Under the pieces are notes generated by a model that worked only from the letters and a program-made list of their open reading frames with translations, did not search any database and was not told where the DNA came from. Shown one piece after another: positions 12,006 through 22,428 of a stretch of DNA of 38,725 bases (position 1 is the first letter of the stretch; the number at the start of each line of letters is the position of its first letter). The stretch lies in assembly GCA_002104905.1 (NCBI GenBank), contig MCFE01000760.1, forward strand, positions 1-38,725, in the 5' to 3' direction. A program made the translations under genes and the position numbers. Source of the DNA: Basidiobolus meristosporus CBS 931.73 (taxonomy: Eukaryota; Fungi; Basidiobolomycota).

Positions 12006-12017
12006 GGGCTCATAACC
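12006..12017 (-). promoter_or_regulatory. Primer-binding site complementary to the anticodon arm of initiator tRNA-Met
   Basis: GGTTATGAGCCC abuts the LTR end and is complementary to GGGCUCAUAACC of yeast-type tRNA-iMet. Confidence 0.85.
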
Positions 12018-12386
12018 TGTTGCAATTTAAGAAGTGATTTGGATATAAGGAACTTATCAAGAAATAGTGATAATAGTTGAACTGTTGTTTATTCATAAAG
12101 AAGCTCAGTATTTATACCTTTGTAGAAGTAATACTGCTGCAACACTAAGTAGGGAGGGTTTCTCAATATTCAGGAGCATTCTGTAACAGTTTCAGGGTTA
12201 GTACATAATGTTTGGTAATAGTGCTAATTTGATCCTGACTATAGGGGAATAATCATAAGATCATATATCTGGAGAAAGTGGCAAAGTAAAGGCAGTAAAT
12301 GAGTCCTACACTAACTAAGACCAGCCTAGAATTGTTAAGTAAATTTTTAGCTGCTGAATGATACCAAATAGTCCAATATTTCAACA
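12018..12386 (-). repeat. 5' LTR of young copia
   Basis: Direct repeat of 7701-8069; followed on the minus strand by the PBS and the gag ATG (11981). Confidence 0.97.
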
Positions 12387-12391
12387 GTTTG

Positions 12392-13125
12392 TCCACTAGT
12401 TGGTAAGTTACAAATGAACATTCTTGGATGATCTTCAAAGACCCTGTCCATTGAAGCTCTAACTTCTTCCAAATATTAATTCTCAATAATACAAAGATCC
12501 CAAATTTGAGTACCTCTGGTGTTATGGTCTTATCAAATGTCTGCTTTGTCTTTTCTGAACTTTGACATACTTTGGCCTGTGCCTCTTGACATCTTTATTT
12601 CAGCTGGTGGTGTCTACTTGACTAACTGAGCTCATCCTCTAAGGTGTCTGTAAGCTCTGTCAAGTTCTTTCCTTCAGCCCATCAATAATATATGCAAATT
12701 GATCCAAGGGGTCCATTCTTTCAACATGTCCAAGTAGACATCTATGCTCATAGATGTACTCTAGAACCATTCCTTTCTGTCTGGATGTCTTCAACTTCCT
12801 TCTTAGTAGTATTTGCTGGTCTGGGTGTTCAAAAGCATCCTGAATTTTAGACTGAAACTCATCCCATGTAGAGATTGCAGAGTATTCCATCATGGTAGCT
12901 GACCTGATCTTATTAAAGTACCAATGTAAAGCTGCATCTGCCAGGTAAGAGGCTGCATTATGCACTTGCATTTTGGTGCCATTCCTCCAGCCTTAAAAGT
13001 ATCTTCAATCTACATGAGCCAAGATCCCAGATTTTCATTGACTCTGCCATGGGACCGGTGGATCCTCACACTAAAGTTGCCATGTACAGGGATTTGCTGG
13101 TTATGGGCCATGGAAGTCATTCCTT
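12392..13125 (-). pseudogene. gypsy family B gag (retrotransposon gag domain), degenerate
   Basis: ORF 12660-12971 (AASYLADAALHWY..TWDEFQSKIQDAF..LRRKLKT.RQKG.V.EY) plus upstream homology to the gag at 636-845. Confidence 0.8.
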
Positions 13126-13147
13126 GTTGCTGCTGGCTGAAGATCTG

Positions 13148-13547
13148 TGTTATGATCTGCCGCCTGAATGTTTAAGTTAGATCAGTTTTTAGTCAAATCA
13201 ATTAGTATATGCTCAGGTTATCAGTATATCAGTATTATCTATGAAATCAGTAGCATTAGTCAGCAAATATATCAGCAGATCCTTATCAGACAGAAATAGA
13301 TATATTAAGTAGGATCTTCTTGGGTGATGATGATGCAATCAAATGAGTCATCAGCCACAAACTACATTAGGAAATACAATTATTCAGCAATTGATCTGGC
13401 AAAATGTATATAAGGAGCTGCTGGAACCTCAATAAAGATCAGTTCAAGTTTTAGTGAATACAATACTAGCTAAACTCCCTATTCCTCTACAACTCTAATA
13501 CCAAGACTTGTAACATCTCTACAACTCTTATATTAAGACTTGTAACA
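13148..13547 (+). repeat. Solo LTR of gypsy family B with duplicated 3' tip and 4-bp TSD
   Basis: TGTTATG...TGTAACA; TCTG on both sides (13144-13147 and 13548-13551); last ~32 bp tandemly duplicated. Confidence 0.82.
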
Positions 13548-13672
13548 TCTGCAGTGCCTGTTGCAGTTGGGACAGGATTTACAGCATAGCATTCTTTCAT
13601 TCTTAATTTTCTGACATCATGAGGGAGGCTTCTTTCTTTGGGAGGGAGGTTTCTGGTGATTGCTGCTATCAA

Positions 13673-13957
13673 TGTACAAGTCTTCATATAAAAGTTGTAC
13701 AGGAATAAGGAGTTAAGTTAGTATCATATTCACTACACAAGAATAGATATTTATTGCGGTTCCAGAAGCCCCTTATGTACATCTGCAAGATCAATTGCTG
13801 ACTAATTGTACAACCTAATGTAGGTTGTGGCTGATGAATCATTTGAATGCATCATCACACCAAATTAAATCATACTTGACATATCTATTTTTGTCTGATA
13901 TCAATCTGCTGATGAATGCTACTGATTTGGTAGATAACACTGATATGGTGATAGGCT
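13673..13957 (-). repeat. 5' LTR (5'-truncated) of the gypsy family B element carrying the 12392-13125 gag
   Basis: Reverse complement aligns with LTR-B; followed by the PBS-like TGATAGCAGC and a leader homologous to 850-955. Confidence 0.8.
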
Positions 13958-13964
13958 AAGCATA

Positions 13965-14525
13965 AGACACACAAAATTCATCCAGCAATGGATACAGATA
14001 GCTATTTGGTCTAAATGGTGCTTGAGGCCCCAATACCAATACTAGTGAGCCTACTACAAGACCTTGGCTCTGACACTGTAAGATAGGTGGAAGATTCTGG
14101 TGATGAGAATCAGTGGCCAGCTGGATTTGCTGGTAGAGTACTTGTTTAATGAATATCCATTATGTGCCAAGGGAGAGGCATGTTCATACATACCTTCAAA
14201 GTAGACCTTACTTCTCAGCTGTTTGTAATGCTTGCCATCAAATACATTGGATATACTCACAATGGATTGACACTGAGTGTAGTATTATCTAGCTGTGCCA
14301 TATATGTTAGACTGCAAAAGCTCATTTAGACAGGGTATATCTGGAATATATCTGGAGTGTGAACATTGGTCTCTCCCAATTGTATTGAATTCCTGACAAA
14401 TTGGACACTTTGCAGTGGTGGGATTTTCTGATGTGAATGCCATACAACTTTATCAGATGCTGGTATCTGGACAGTCTCTGAATCATATGTTGCTATCCAC
14501 ATGGCAGTTAATTGTTTACACCATG
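13965..14525 (-). pseudogene. CACTA/EnSpm-like transposase fragment (copy A)
   Basis: ISNVFDGKHYKQLRSK.YFEGMY...SWPLIL; colinear with 19070-19620 and 31965-32480. Confidence 0.85.
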
Positions 14526-14534
14526 TATGAGGCA

Positions 14535-14965
14535 AGATGCACAAAAATACATGGCAATATCTTGGTCCACTGGCTCTATGTAGCACTAGAAGTTGTTCTT
14601 ATAGGCTTTACTTCATGGCTAATATTTAAATACAGTGCCAGAGGACCAAGACAGTGTCATGCATTTTTGTGACATGTTACAATCAACAGGAGCTAGTCAG
14701 AGTGTTATGGGTATTGAGGCCCAGATGATTGTCTTCAGTCCTTCTTACCTCTTCCACATCATTTGCAACAACAATCCCAAAAAAAAGGTCAAAAAATGGA
14801 TTTTCTCCAGCACTAGAGGTGAAACACAGGGGCTGCTTTAGATTAAAATGTATAAGTATGTTTTGCACTCTGTGGCCATGTATAGGTCCACTTAGCCTCC
14901 CTGGCATAATTTGGCATCATTTGGCACTCATGGCTCAATGTGGCACTATCCAATGTAACAAGTCT
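14535..14965. mobile_element. Truncated copy of the foldback MITE (inner tip of left arm, spacer, right arm)
   Basis: Aligns with ~29440-29880; ends GTGGCACTATCCAATGTAACAAGTCT, followed by ATT. Confidence 0.8.
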
Positions 14966-15099
14966 ATTCACCTATAAAAATGTAAGATTCAATGATAACC
15001 TGCCATAGTAAGAATGATAAATAAATTTGTGCACAATATAAAGTTACATGCATTACACTACTTCTCCTATGGTTTGATTTACTTCCATATACCTGCTGC

Positions 15100-17126
15100 C
15101 AAAAAATAAAGCAAAGCTGTCTGATCCCAACCAAACCACACCACTGTCAGCTGTAGAAGAACAGTTGGACAATGGCTTGCTTTGACATTCAGTGCAGTAA
15201 GCAGGGCTACAACCAAAAAGTGGTTGTGTTGACAGTGTGCCTACAGAAGGTAATCATGCGGACTTCTCAGGCTTTCAGTCAAGTAGGTTATTTAGAATCT
15301 CTGCAGAGCAACAAGTTGACCTTAATGTTCAGTCAGATGAGAATGTAGCAAAAGCAGTACCTTCAGTTGAAGACTAGCAAGTGGCTGTCATAACATCACA
15401 ACCTCCTGTATAGCATGTATGTTGTCAGGTCATGCCAAACATTGACAAGCCAATTAGGTGCAGTGGCAGATTGGATCAATGCAGTGGCCCAGAGAAATTG
15501 GGAGATAGTCCATATACAGGATGAGCAGATAAACTGTGTAGGGCAATCAATATCCCAGGCAGAGAAAGCAGTACTTTTGCTGCAAAGAGGGAGCTCAAGT
15601 AGCACAATGTCACAGCCAAGAGTTAAGCCATATGCTGATGTAACAGCAGAGGAACACTGTAAAGTCTCTGAAGCGCAATATCAGTGCCCCAAGATAAAGC
15701 CTACAGAAATTTCTATCACAGCCTAGGAGGGAGAAGCTGCAGTTTTTATACCATGGTATAGAATTACAAGGACATTGACTTTCCATGAAGCCAAAGAATG
15801 CAGTTCTAAAGAGTGCATTGATGTTCAAGAGGATGTTAGAAGTTTAGAACACTAAAACATCAAGGCCAGCATACCATGGAACCATCAGGAACATAAGGCC
15901 AAGCAGACTGCACTTGGTTGGTCCCATGAGCATTATCCTGGATTCAATCAAGCCAACAGATTTTGAGCCAGCATTGGTATACTAAGAAAGTATCCCAGGA
16001 ATAGCAGAAGCCATCAAAGGCAGCAGAACAAGGGTGCAACAGCTTAAAACCAGCAGCTTCCTCAAGAGCTTGTAACAAGCAGCACCAAAAGCTCTAAACC
16101 AGCATCAAAGAGGCATCAGGTAGCTGGAAGAGTGCCAGTAAGGGACCTGCAGACAGACACCAATGCACCAGCACAACATTTATCAAAGCAAAAGCATAGT
16201 TCCACTCAGGAAGCATTCAGTCAAAGTAGCAGTGATGGACCTAGAGGTAATAAAAACCAGCAGCTATCTCAGGAGCCTGTCACAACAGGCGCTTAGAGCT
16301 CAAGACAAGTGGGAAAGAAGTCTCAGGTTGCCTATGGAGTGCCAGCAAGAGATATGCATGCCAAGCATATGCATCAGAGCTGCATATATCAAGAACAAAG
16401 TGTAGGTCAATGCAAAAAGCTCCCAGACAAAGTAGCTGTTGGAGACCTGGCACAGACCAAGGCAATGGCCAAGGGAAAGAAGTCTACCCAAGCCAGAGAC
16501 AGGAAGATGTGTGAAAAAAGCTGCAGTGCTTGCCCATTACCACTCTAAGCCCAGAACAGATGAATCCCATAATAGCCAAGTAGAGCTACCCACAATAAAA
16601 CTGCTGTTTGCACAAGAGTTGGAAGTTTAGCTGGTTGAGCTATATTTCAGTGAGGTAGTTGAGTTTGCCAATAAAGGCAACTTGTCTACCACAGACTCTG
16701 CATCTTCTGTTGTTGACAGAGTGCATATCCAAAAATTAACAGACAAAGAAGCAATGTCAAAAACTCACAAAGCTAGCACAAGAGTTGGATGTGCTGCCAG
16801 GTAGATGAGTTTGCTGAAAAAGGCAATTTGTCTACCGCAGCCTCCACATCCTTGATTGTTGACAGAGTGGAGATCCCACTGATAGACAAGGCTACAACAT
16901 CAAGAGCTCAAAAGACTATAGCAATGCCTTCAGTTGAATTTTGGAACATTGATAGGCACACCAAGAGGGTGCAAGACTTCTTCCAGAGCAGTACTCAAGA
17001 AAACACATTGAAATGTTGCAAGGATGTATTGCAAAGACTTGCAGATGAGTTGCAACACCTTGCTGTGCCAGCTGAAGACCAGGACATAGGTTATACACTG
17101 AATGATCAGAGGCTTAAAGCCATAGG
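15100..17126 (+). pseudogene. Second ORF (ORF2) of CACTA-like copy A, 5' part; function unknown
   Basis: Homologous to 20430-21410; fragments in ORFs 15415-15726, 16309-16548 and 16789-17193; continues in frame at 21920 once copy B is removed. The 5' boundary is approximate. Confidence 0.6.
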
Positions 17127-17499
17127 CCCTATGAAAAATAATTTGGTCCCACAGGTGGATTTGATCCAGAACAGCAGTCCAGATCACACTTAGAGACTAT
17201 CACAACACCAGCAGCTGGGAATAAGTGACCCTCTTAACAATTTTATGATGGACCATGACAGCATTTTGCTAATTTGACAGCAACATAAAGTTATAAAAAT
17301 TGATGGGATTTTACTGGTGCTCTAACAATAGTTATACAACATTTTTGCGTTCTTAGTGCGCTCTGCAAATATTTTAGGTGAATCCAACCAGCCAAGATAC
17401 AGTACAGTAGCCTACAGCTAGTTATGTATAATGCTACTGTACCAACTTACCAAATGGTATTTTCTTTTTCTACCTCTGCTTGTGCAGTTCATATATTCC

Positions 17500-20250
17500 A
17501 CTGTAGAATCACCCCTGTTTATTTGCTTACCTACTTCTACCTTGCACATTCCACATATAGTTTAATCAAAAAAAACTATGGGCTCCTGCTTACTAAGCTC
17601 TACAAGCATGCTCACCTGCCATAATTGACATACTTCCATCACCCCAACTTTACGGCTTTTTAGTGTGATACTTGCAAAGTTGCCATATACCTTGCACTGC
17701 TGGTAATATAAACATCTTGTATGCATATGCTTGGTTGTTGCCACTTTTGCTTGAATACCTTCTATATATCCGCAAAGGACTTCTTGGTATTTAGCCAATA
17801 TATTCCTTCTCCCTGCTGGATTCTAGTCCCCCCTATAGTTGCCCTCTAGCTCTTGCTTGTGTTTATGCCATATTGAATGGTGCAGAAGTTGGCTTGCAAC
17901 TATTGGAGATCTGGCATACCTGGGTAGAGTGTTTTTAATAAAATTTAGTTGCTTGTTGCATACAACCCAACTTTGCATTACTTAACTGATTACCCACATA
18001 TGGCGGCTGCTTAGCTTTTTAATGTCATAAACATAGGTGTGTTCATGTGCACAACTGTCCTCAGTATTTTCTAACCCTTGCGGGCTGTCCTCCATGTGCC
18101 AACTTTTCACATCCATGACAGACTTAAAGTTAAAATTCTTGATAAGATTTGGATATGGTAGTACCTGCAACTTGTCTTGTCTTCCTATTTCCCCACACAT
18201 CCGCTCCATAGAAAACTTCCAAAAGGTGAACACGGCCCAATATTCTCCACACACAATGCAAGATGGAGCAAAGAATGGGTACAGCAGCAGCAAAGATCTA
18301 TGCATTCATCTTTATGCTTGTAGTATAGCCGCTCAAAGCCCATCACAATATCCTGCACAACAGTTGTAGATGTGTCAATTTCCAATAGTAATCTGATTCT
18401 GGATAAATATTCCTACAATGCTCACATATGACTCCCAATACTTCCAATGCACTCTTGGAAAAGATGGCTCCAGAACACCACTAGAATCAATGCATATCCA
18501 GCTCATCCAGTCTTTGCATTTGTGTTGTTACATATGCATATGAATATTGATTGTAGCCTGTGAGAAGTGCGTAGGGTAGCAGATACTCTGTAATATCCTG
18601 ACAACTCTGTCAAATTTCCCCGGTATTTCAAAGGGCACTTTAACCTGAAATGCCCCATGTTCAACTTGGTCATCAGTATAGGGATATTGTTTAAAAGCAA
18701 ATGCATTACTCCCAGTGGAAAGCTTATGCTATAACAGATACTGTTTATATTAAATATCTCTTGTTTCCAATTGATTCCATATTCCAGCCAATGGCTCACT
18801 GCTTGCCAACTTTGCCGCAATTGCATGCTGACTTTGGTACATTCTCTCCATGGGAAGATGATGTTCCTAGTGCTGGTGTTTGGGTAATAATAATGTGTGT
18901 GAGTTATGGAGTAAGTGCCTTGGATCTCACACTTTTGACAGCAGTACCATCCATTGTTCCTGGAAAAACCTGCAATTTAGCTGATGGGCGGTGTATCTCC
19001 AATGCAGGTAACAATATGCACTTTTATATGACAGCCACTCACTATTATTTGGCTGGAAAGCATACCAAACTCATCCATCAATGGATAGAGATAGCTGTCC
19101 ATGTAGGACAGTGCTTTAGGCCCAAATACCAGAGAGACTACCATCAGATTACTGCTCAGATATTCTAAGAGGGCAGCAGATTCAGATTGATGAGAATTAG
19201 TGGCCAACAGGATTTGCTTGTAGAGTACTTGTGTAATGAGAATCCATCAAGTGCTAAGGCAAAGGCATGGTCATATATACCTTCAAAGTAGCTCTTGCTT
19301 CTTAGCTGTTTGTAATGTTTGCCATTAGATATATTGGATATGCTTGCGCTTGATTGATACTGACTGTGGTACTGTAGAGCTTTGTAATACTTGTCAGACT
19401 GCATTAGCTTTTTTAGATTGGGTATTACTGGAATATATCTAGAGTGTGAACAATGTTTTGCCTCAATGGTGGTGGATTTCTGACAATTTGGACATGTTGT
19501 AATGATAGCATTTTTGGAAGTGAATGCCATGCAACTGTTAACACATGCTGAAGTCAGGACAGTCTCTGGATCATATGTTGCCAGACACATGACAGTTATC
19601 TACTTGTACCATGTACATAGTAGGTTGTATCTCAGAATGTTTTGGGCAAGTAGCAGAAATAAATCCTCAAAGACCCCATTACTGATATTAGTGGAAACAC
19701 GCCACTTCTCCAGCAACAACATTACATCATTCCCCAGTATATAGGTTACTGGTCTCACTTGGCTCATAAAGTATCCTTAGTATTTATTTCAATGGGTGTT
19801 GTCTCATTGCATATTAGGATCTGACTGGGCTCATATATGTTACTGTTGTTAGGGAAGATGGGCTAACAATCCATCAGTGAAACTTCTTTGCCAGAGCTAT
19901 CACTCTGTGTGCCATATTCAAAAGGCTGAAGTGAGCCTAAAGGCAACACAAACTCACCTGTCTCTGTTTGCGCAAGGGGACAAAGATGGCCAGGTGCCAA
20001 TATGGGATTATCAACTGGCCAGCAAGATAATGTTGGTACAATAGTGACCAATCAATGGTCAAATATGAATTGTGTGGCAAAACACTGATCATGATCCTTG
20101 TAATACTTCCTATGCTGTCTGCATGCTTCATAGCTAAGAGGCTTGCTACAATAGCCACATGGTCTTTTTTCTCTTCCATTACAGCATTGAATCAAAGAGT
20201 CATCTCCATGGAGCAAAGAGTTTGACCTTCAACAACATAATGCTATTATA
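17500..20250 (-). pseudogene. CACTA-like transposase (Transposase_21/tnp2-like plus DUF4218-like), copy B
   Basis: ACVNSCMAF, GKHYKQLR, LALDGF, WPLILINLNL, GPK..DSYLYPL.DE, IGDTP, LGVMHLLL, SLLHLA.C...GP...FW.FSMER. End coordinates are approximate. Confidence 0.88.
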
Positions 20251-20429
20251 TCACTTTTTGGTCAATACTCATGTGAATTTAAGACAGTTTTGTATTTGAG
20301 ACTTTGCACCTATATGAATGTAAGATTCAATGTTGACCTGCATTAGTAAGCACTATAAATAAAGTTGTGGCACCATATACACACATATGTATATTACTAT
20401 TTCCCCTTTGGTTTGACTTCTGAATATGT

Positions 20430-21607
20430 CTAGAGCAATAAATATCTCAGGTAGAGAAAGCAGTATCTTTGCTGCAAAGAAGGAACTCAAGTAGCTCAAT
20501 GTCATAGCTAAGAATTGAGCCATTTCCTAATGTAACAGCAGAGGAACACTTTACAGTTTTTGAAGCACAACAGCAGTGTTCAAAGATAAAGCCCACAGAT
20601 AAACTAATCACAGCATGGGAGGGAGACAATGTGGTGCTTACACCAAAGCCAAAATATCAAAAGATATTGAAGATCCATGAAGTTGTTAAGTTCAATAATG
20701 AATAGTGGGCTAATATTCAAGGGGCCATCAGAAGTCTAGCATGCCATCACTTTATGGCTGGCATACCATGGGACCATCAGGAGTTCAAAGCTAAGCAGAA
20801 TGCACTTGACTTGCTCCATGAGCATTATCCTGCATTCAAGTGGGCAAATAGACTTTGGGCCAGCATTTTTATGCTGAGTGAGCATCTCAGGAATAGCAAA
20901 AGCTACCAAAGGTAGAGGAGCAAGGGTGCCATAGCTAAAAACCAGCTAAAAACTGCAGGTCTTGCCAATCAATGCTGCAAGCCCAGAATAGACTGAATCC
21001 TATTATAGCCAATAAGAATTTCTAACAAGGAGACAGCTGCTTTCACAAGAGTTGGAAGTATAGTCAATTGAGCTACACTCCAGCAAGGTAGAAGAGTTTG
21101 CAGAAAAGGGCAGTTTGTCTACCACAGCAGCCATATCTGCCATGATTGACAGAGTGGAAATCCCACTGACAGACAAGGCTACAACATCAAGAACCTGAAA
21201 GACTATCACAATGACTGCAGTAGAGTTTGGAACATTCAGAGGCACACCAAGAGGTTGCAGCCTTCTTCAGGAGAAGTGCTCAAGAAAACAAACTTGAATA
21301 TTGCAAGGATCTATTGCAAAGACTGGCAGACAAGGTGGAAGTCCTTGCTGTGATAACTGAAGACCAGGAAATGTTGGAACTAGTGAATGAACAGTGGTAT
21401 AAAGCAATTGCGTTCCTGCTAAAGTTGTGGAACCCAAGTGTTACAACAGGAATACTTATTGAATGGTGGGTTGTAATGGATTTACTTGCTGAGTGTGGGG
21501 TTGGGCTTAATGCTACTGTAGGGTATAGGGACTTATTTAGATCAATACAATTTGCAATCAAGGTACAACTGAAGTTTCAATGGAAATACATCAATTTGTA
21601 CACATGA
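20430..21607 (+). pseudogene. ORF2 of CACTA-like copy B (shorter than copy A); function unknown
   Basis: Homologous to 15545-17126 plus 21920-22110; includes ORF 21227-21607. Confidence 0.6.
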
Positions 21608-21916
21608 GAAGTAAGAGAAGCAGTTGAGTAAGGAAGTAAGGAGTGAGAGAAAGAGCAATAGCCAATCAATGCATACAAATGTAGGAGGTGCTATAGTGTC
21701 TGGGATCAGATAGTAAGCAAGTTGGCAGGGAACCAATCAAAAGCTACTTATATATTACTGAGATAAAAAAATTTGACTAATTTTTGTGAAATCTGGGGTG
21801 AAATTATTTTTCAACAATCTCTGGACAGTGTCCTGGCAGTATCAGTACCTCTTAGTCATGTGACCTTAACTTTGTGATGGTGTTTGATGGGATTATCACA
21901 ATAATCCCTCAAAGGG

Positions 21917-22428
21917 AAGGTTCCTGCCAAAATCATGGGAGCAAAGTGTTAAAGCTGAAATACTTATTGAGTGGTGGACTGTAATGTAGATACTTGTTGA
22001 GTGTGGGGTTGGACTTAATGGTAATATAGAATGTAGGCACTTGCAAGCATCAATACAACAGGCAGTTGAGGAACAACTGAAGGTGCAACAAGTATAAATC
22101 AACTTGTATGCATGAAAAGTAGAGAAACAGCTGAGTCAGGAAGTAAGTAGTGCAAGAAAGAGGCAGTAGCCTATCTATATACACAAACATAGAAGGTGAT
22201 AGATTGTCTAGGATCAGAAAGTGACAAAATTGGCAGAGAACCAATCAAAAGACACTTATATATTGCTGTGATGCAGAAATTTTGACTTAGCTTTTTGTAA
22301 AATCTGGGGTTCAAATGCTCTCTGATGGACTATGCATGGTGTCCTGACAGGAGCAACATCACTTAGCCCCAGGACTTATGGTTTCTGATGGCATTTTGAT
22401 GGGATCATCACAATAATTTCTCACAGGG
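21917..22428 (+). mobile_element. Right part of CACTA-like copy A (ORF2 3' end and right TIR)
   Basis: Paralogous to 21410-21916; ends AATAATTTCTCACAGGG, whose reverse complement CCCTGTGAGAAATTATT matches the left TIR at 14/17. Confidence 0.78.

Larger units (their letters stand above)
7701..12386 (-). mobile_element. Full-length young Ty1/copia LTR retrotransposon (Hemivirus/Ty5-like priming)
   Basis: Two 369-bp LTRs with TGTTG...CAACA ends and 3 differences; TSD GTTTG at 7696-7700 and 12387-12391; PBS; PPT; domain order gag-PR-INT-RT-RH. Confidence 0.97.
17127..21916. mobile_element. Complete but degenerate CACTA/EnSpm-like DNA transposon (copy B, 4790 bp)
   Basis: Left end CCCTATGAAAAATAATT (identical to 29936); right end reverse complement CCCTTTGAGGGATTATT (12/17 match); flanks AGG and AAG; transposase on the minus strand and ORF2 on the plus strand, divergent. 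Confidence 0.8.
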
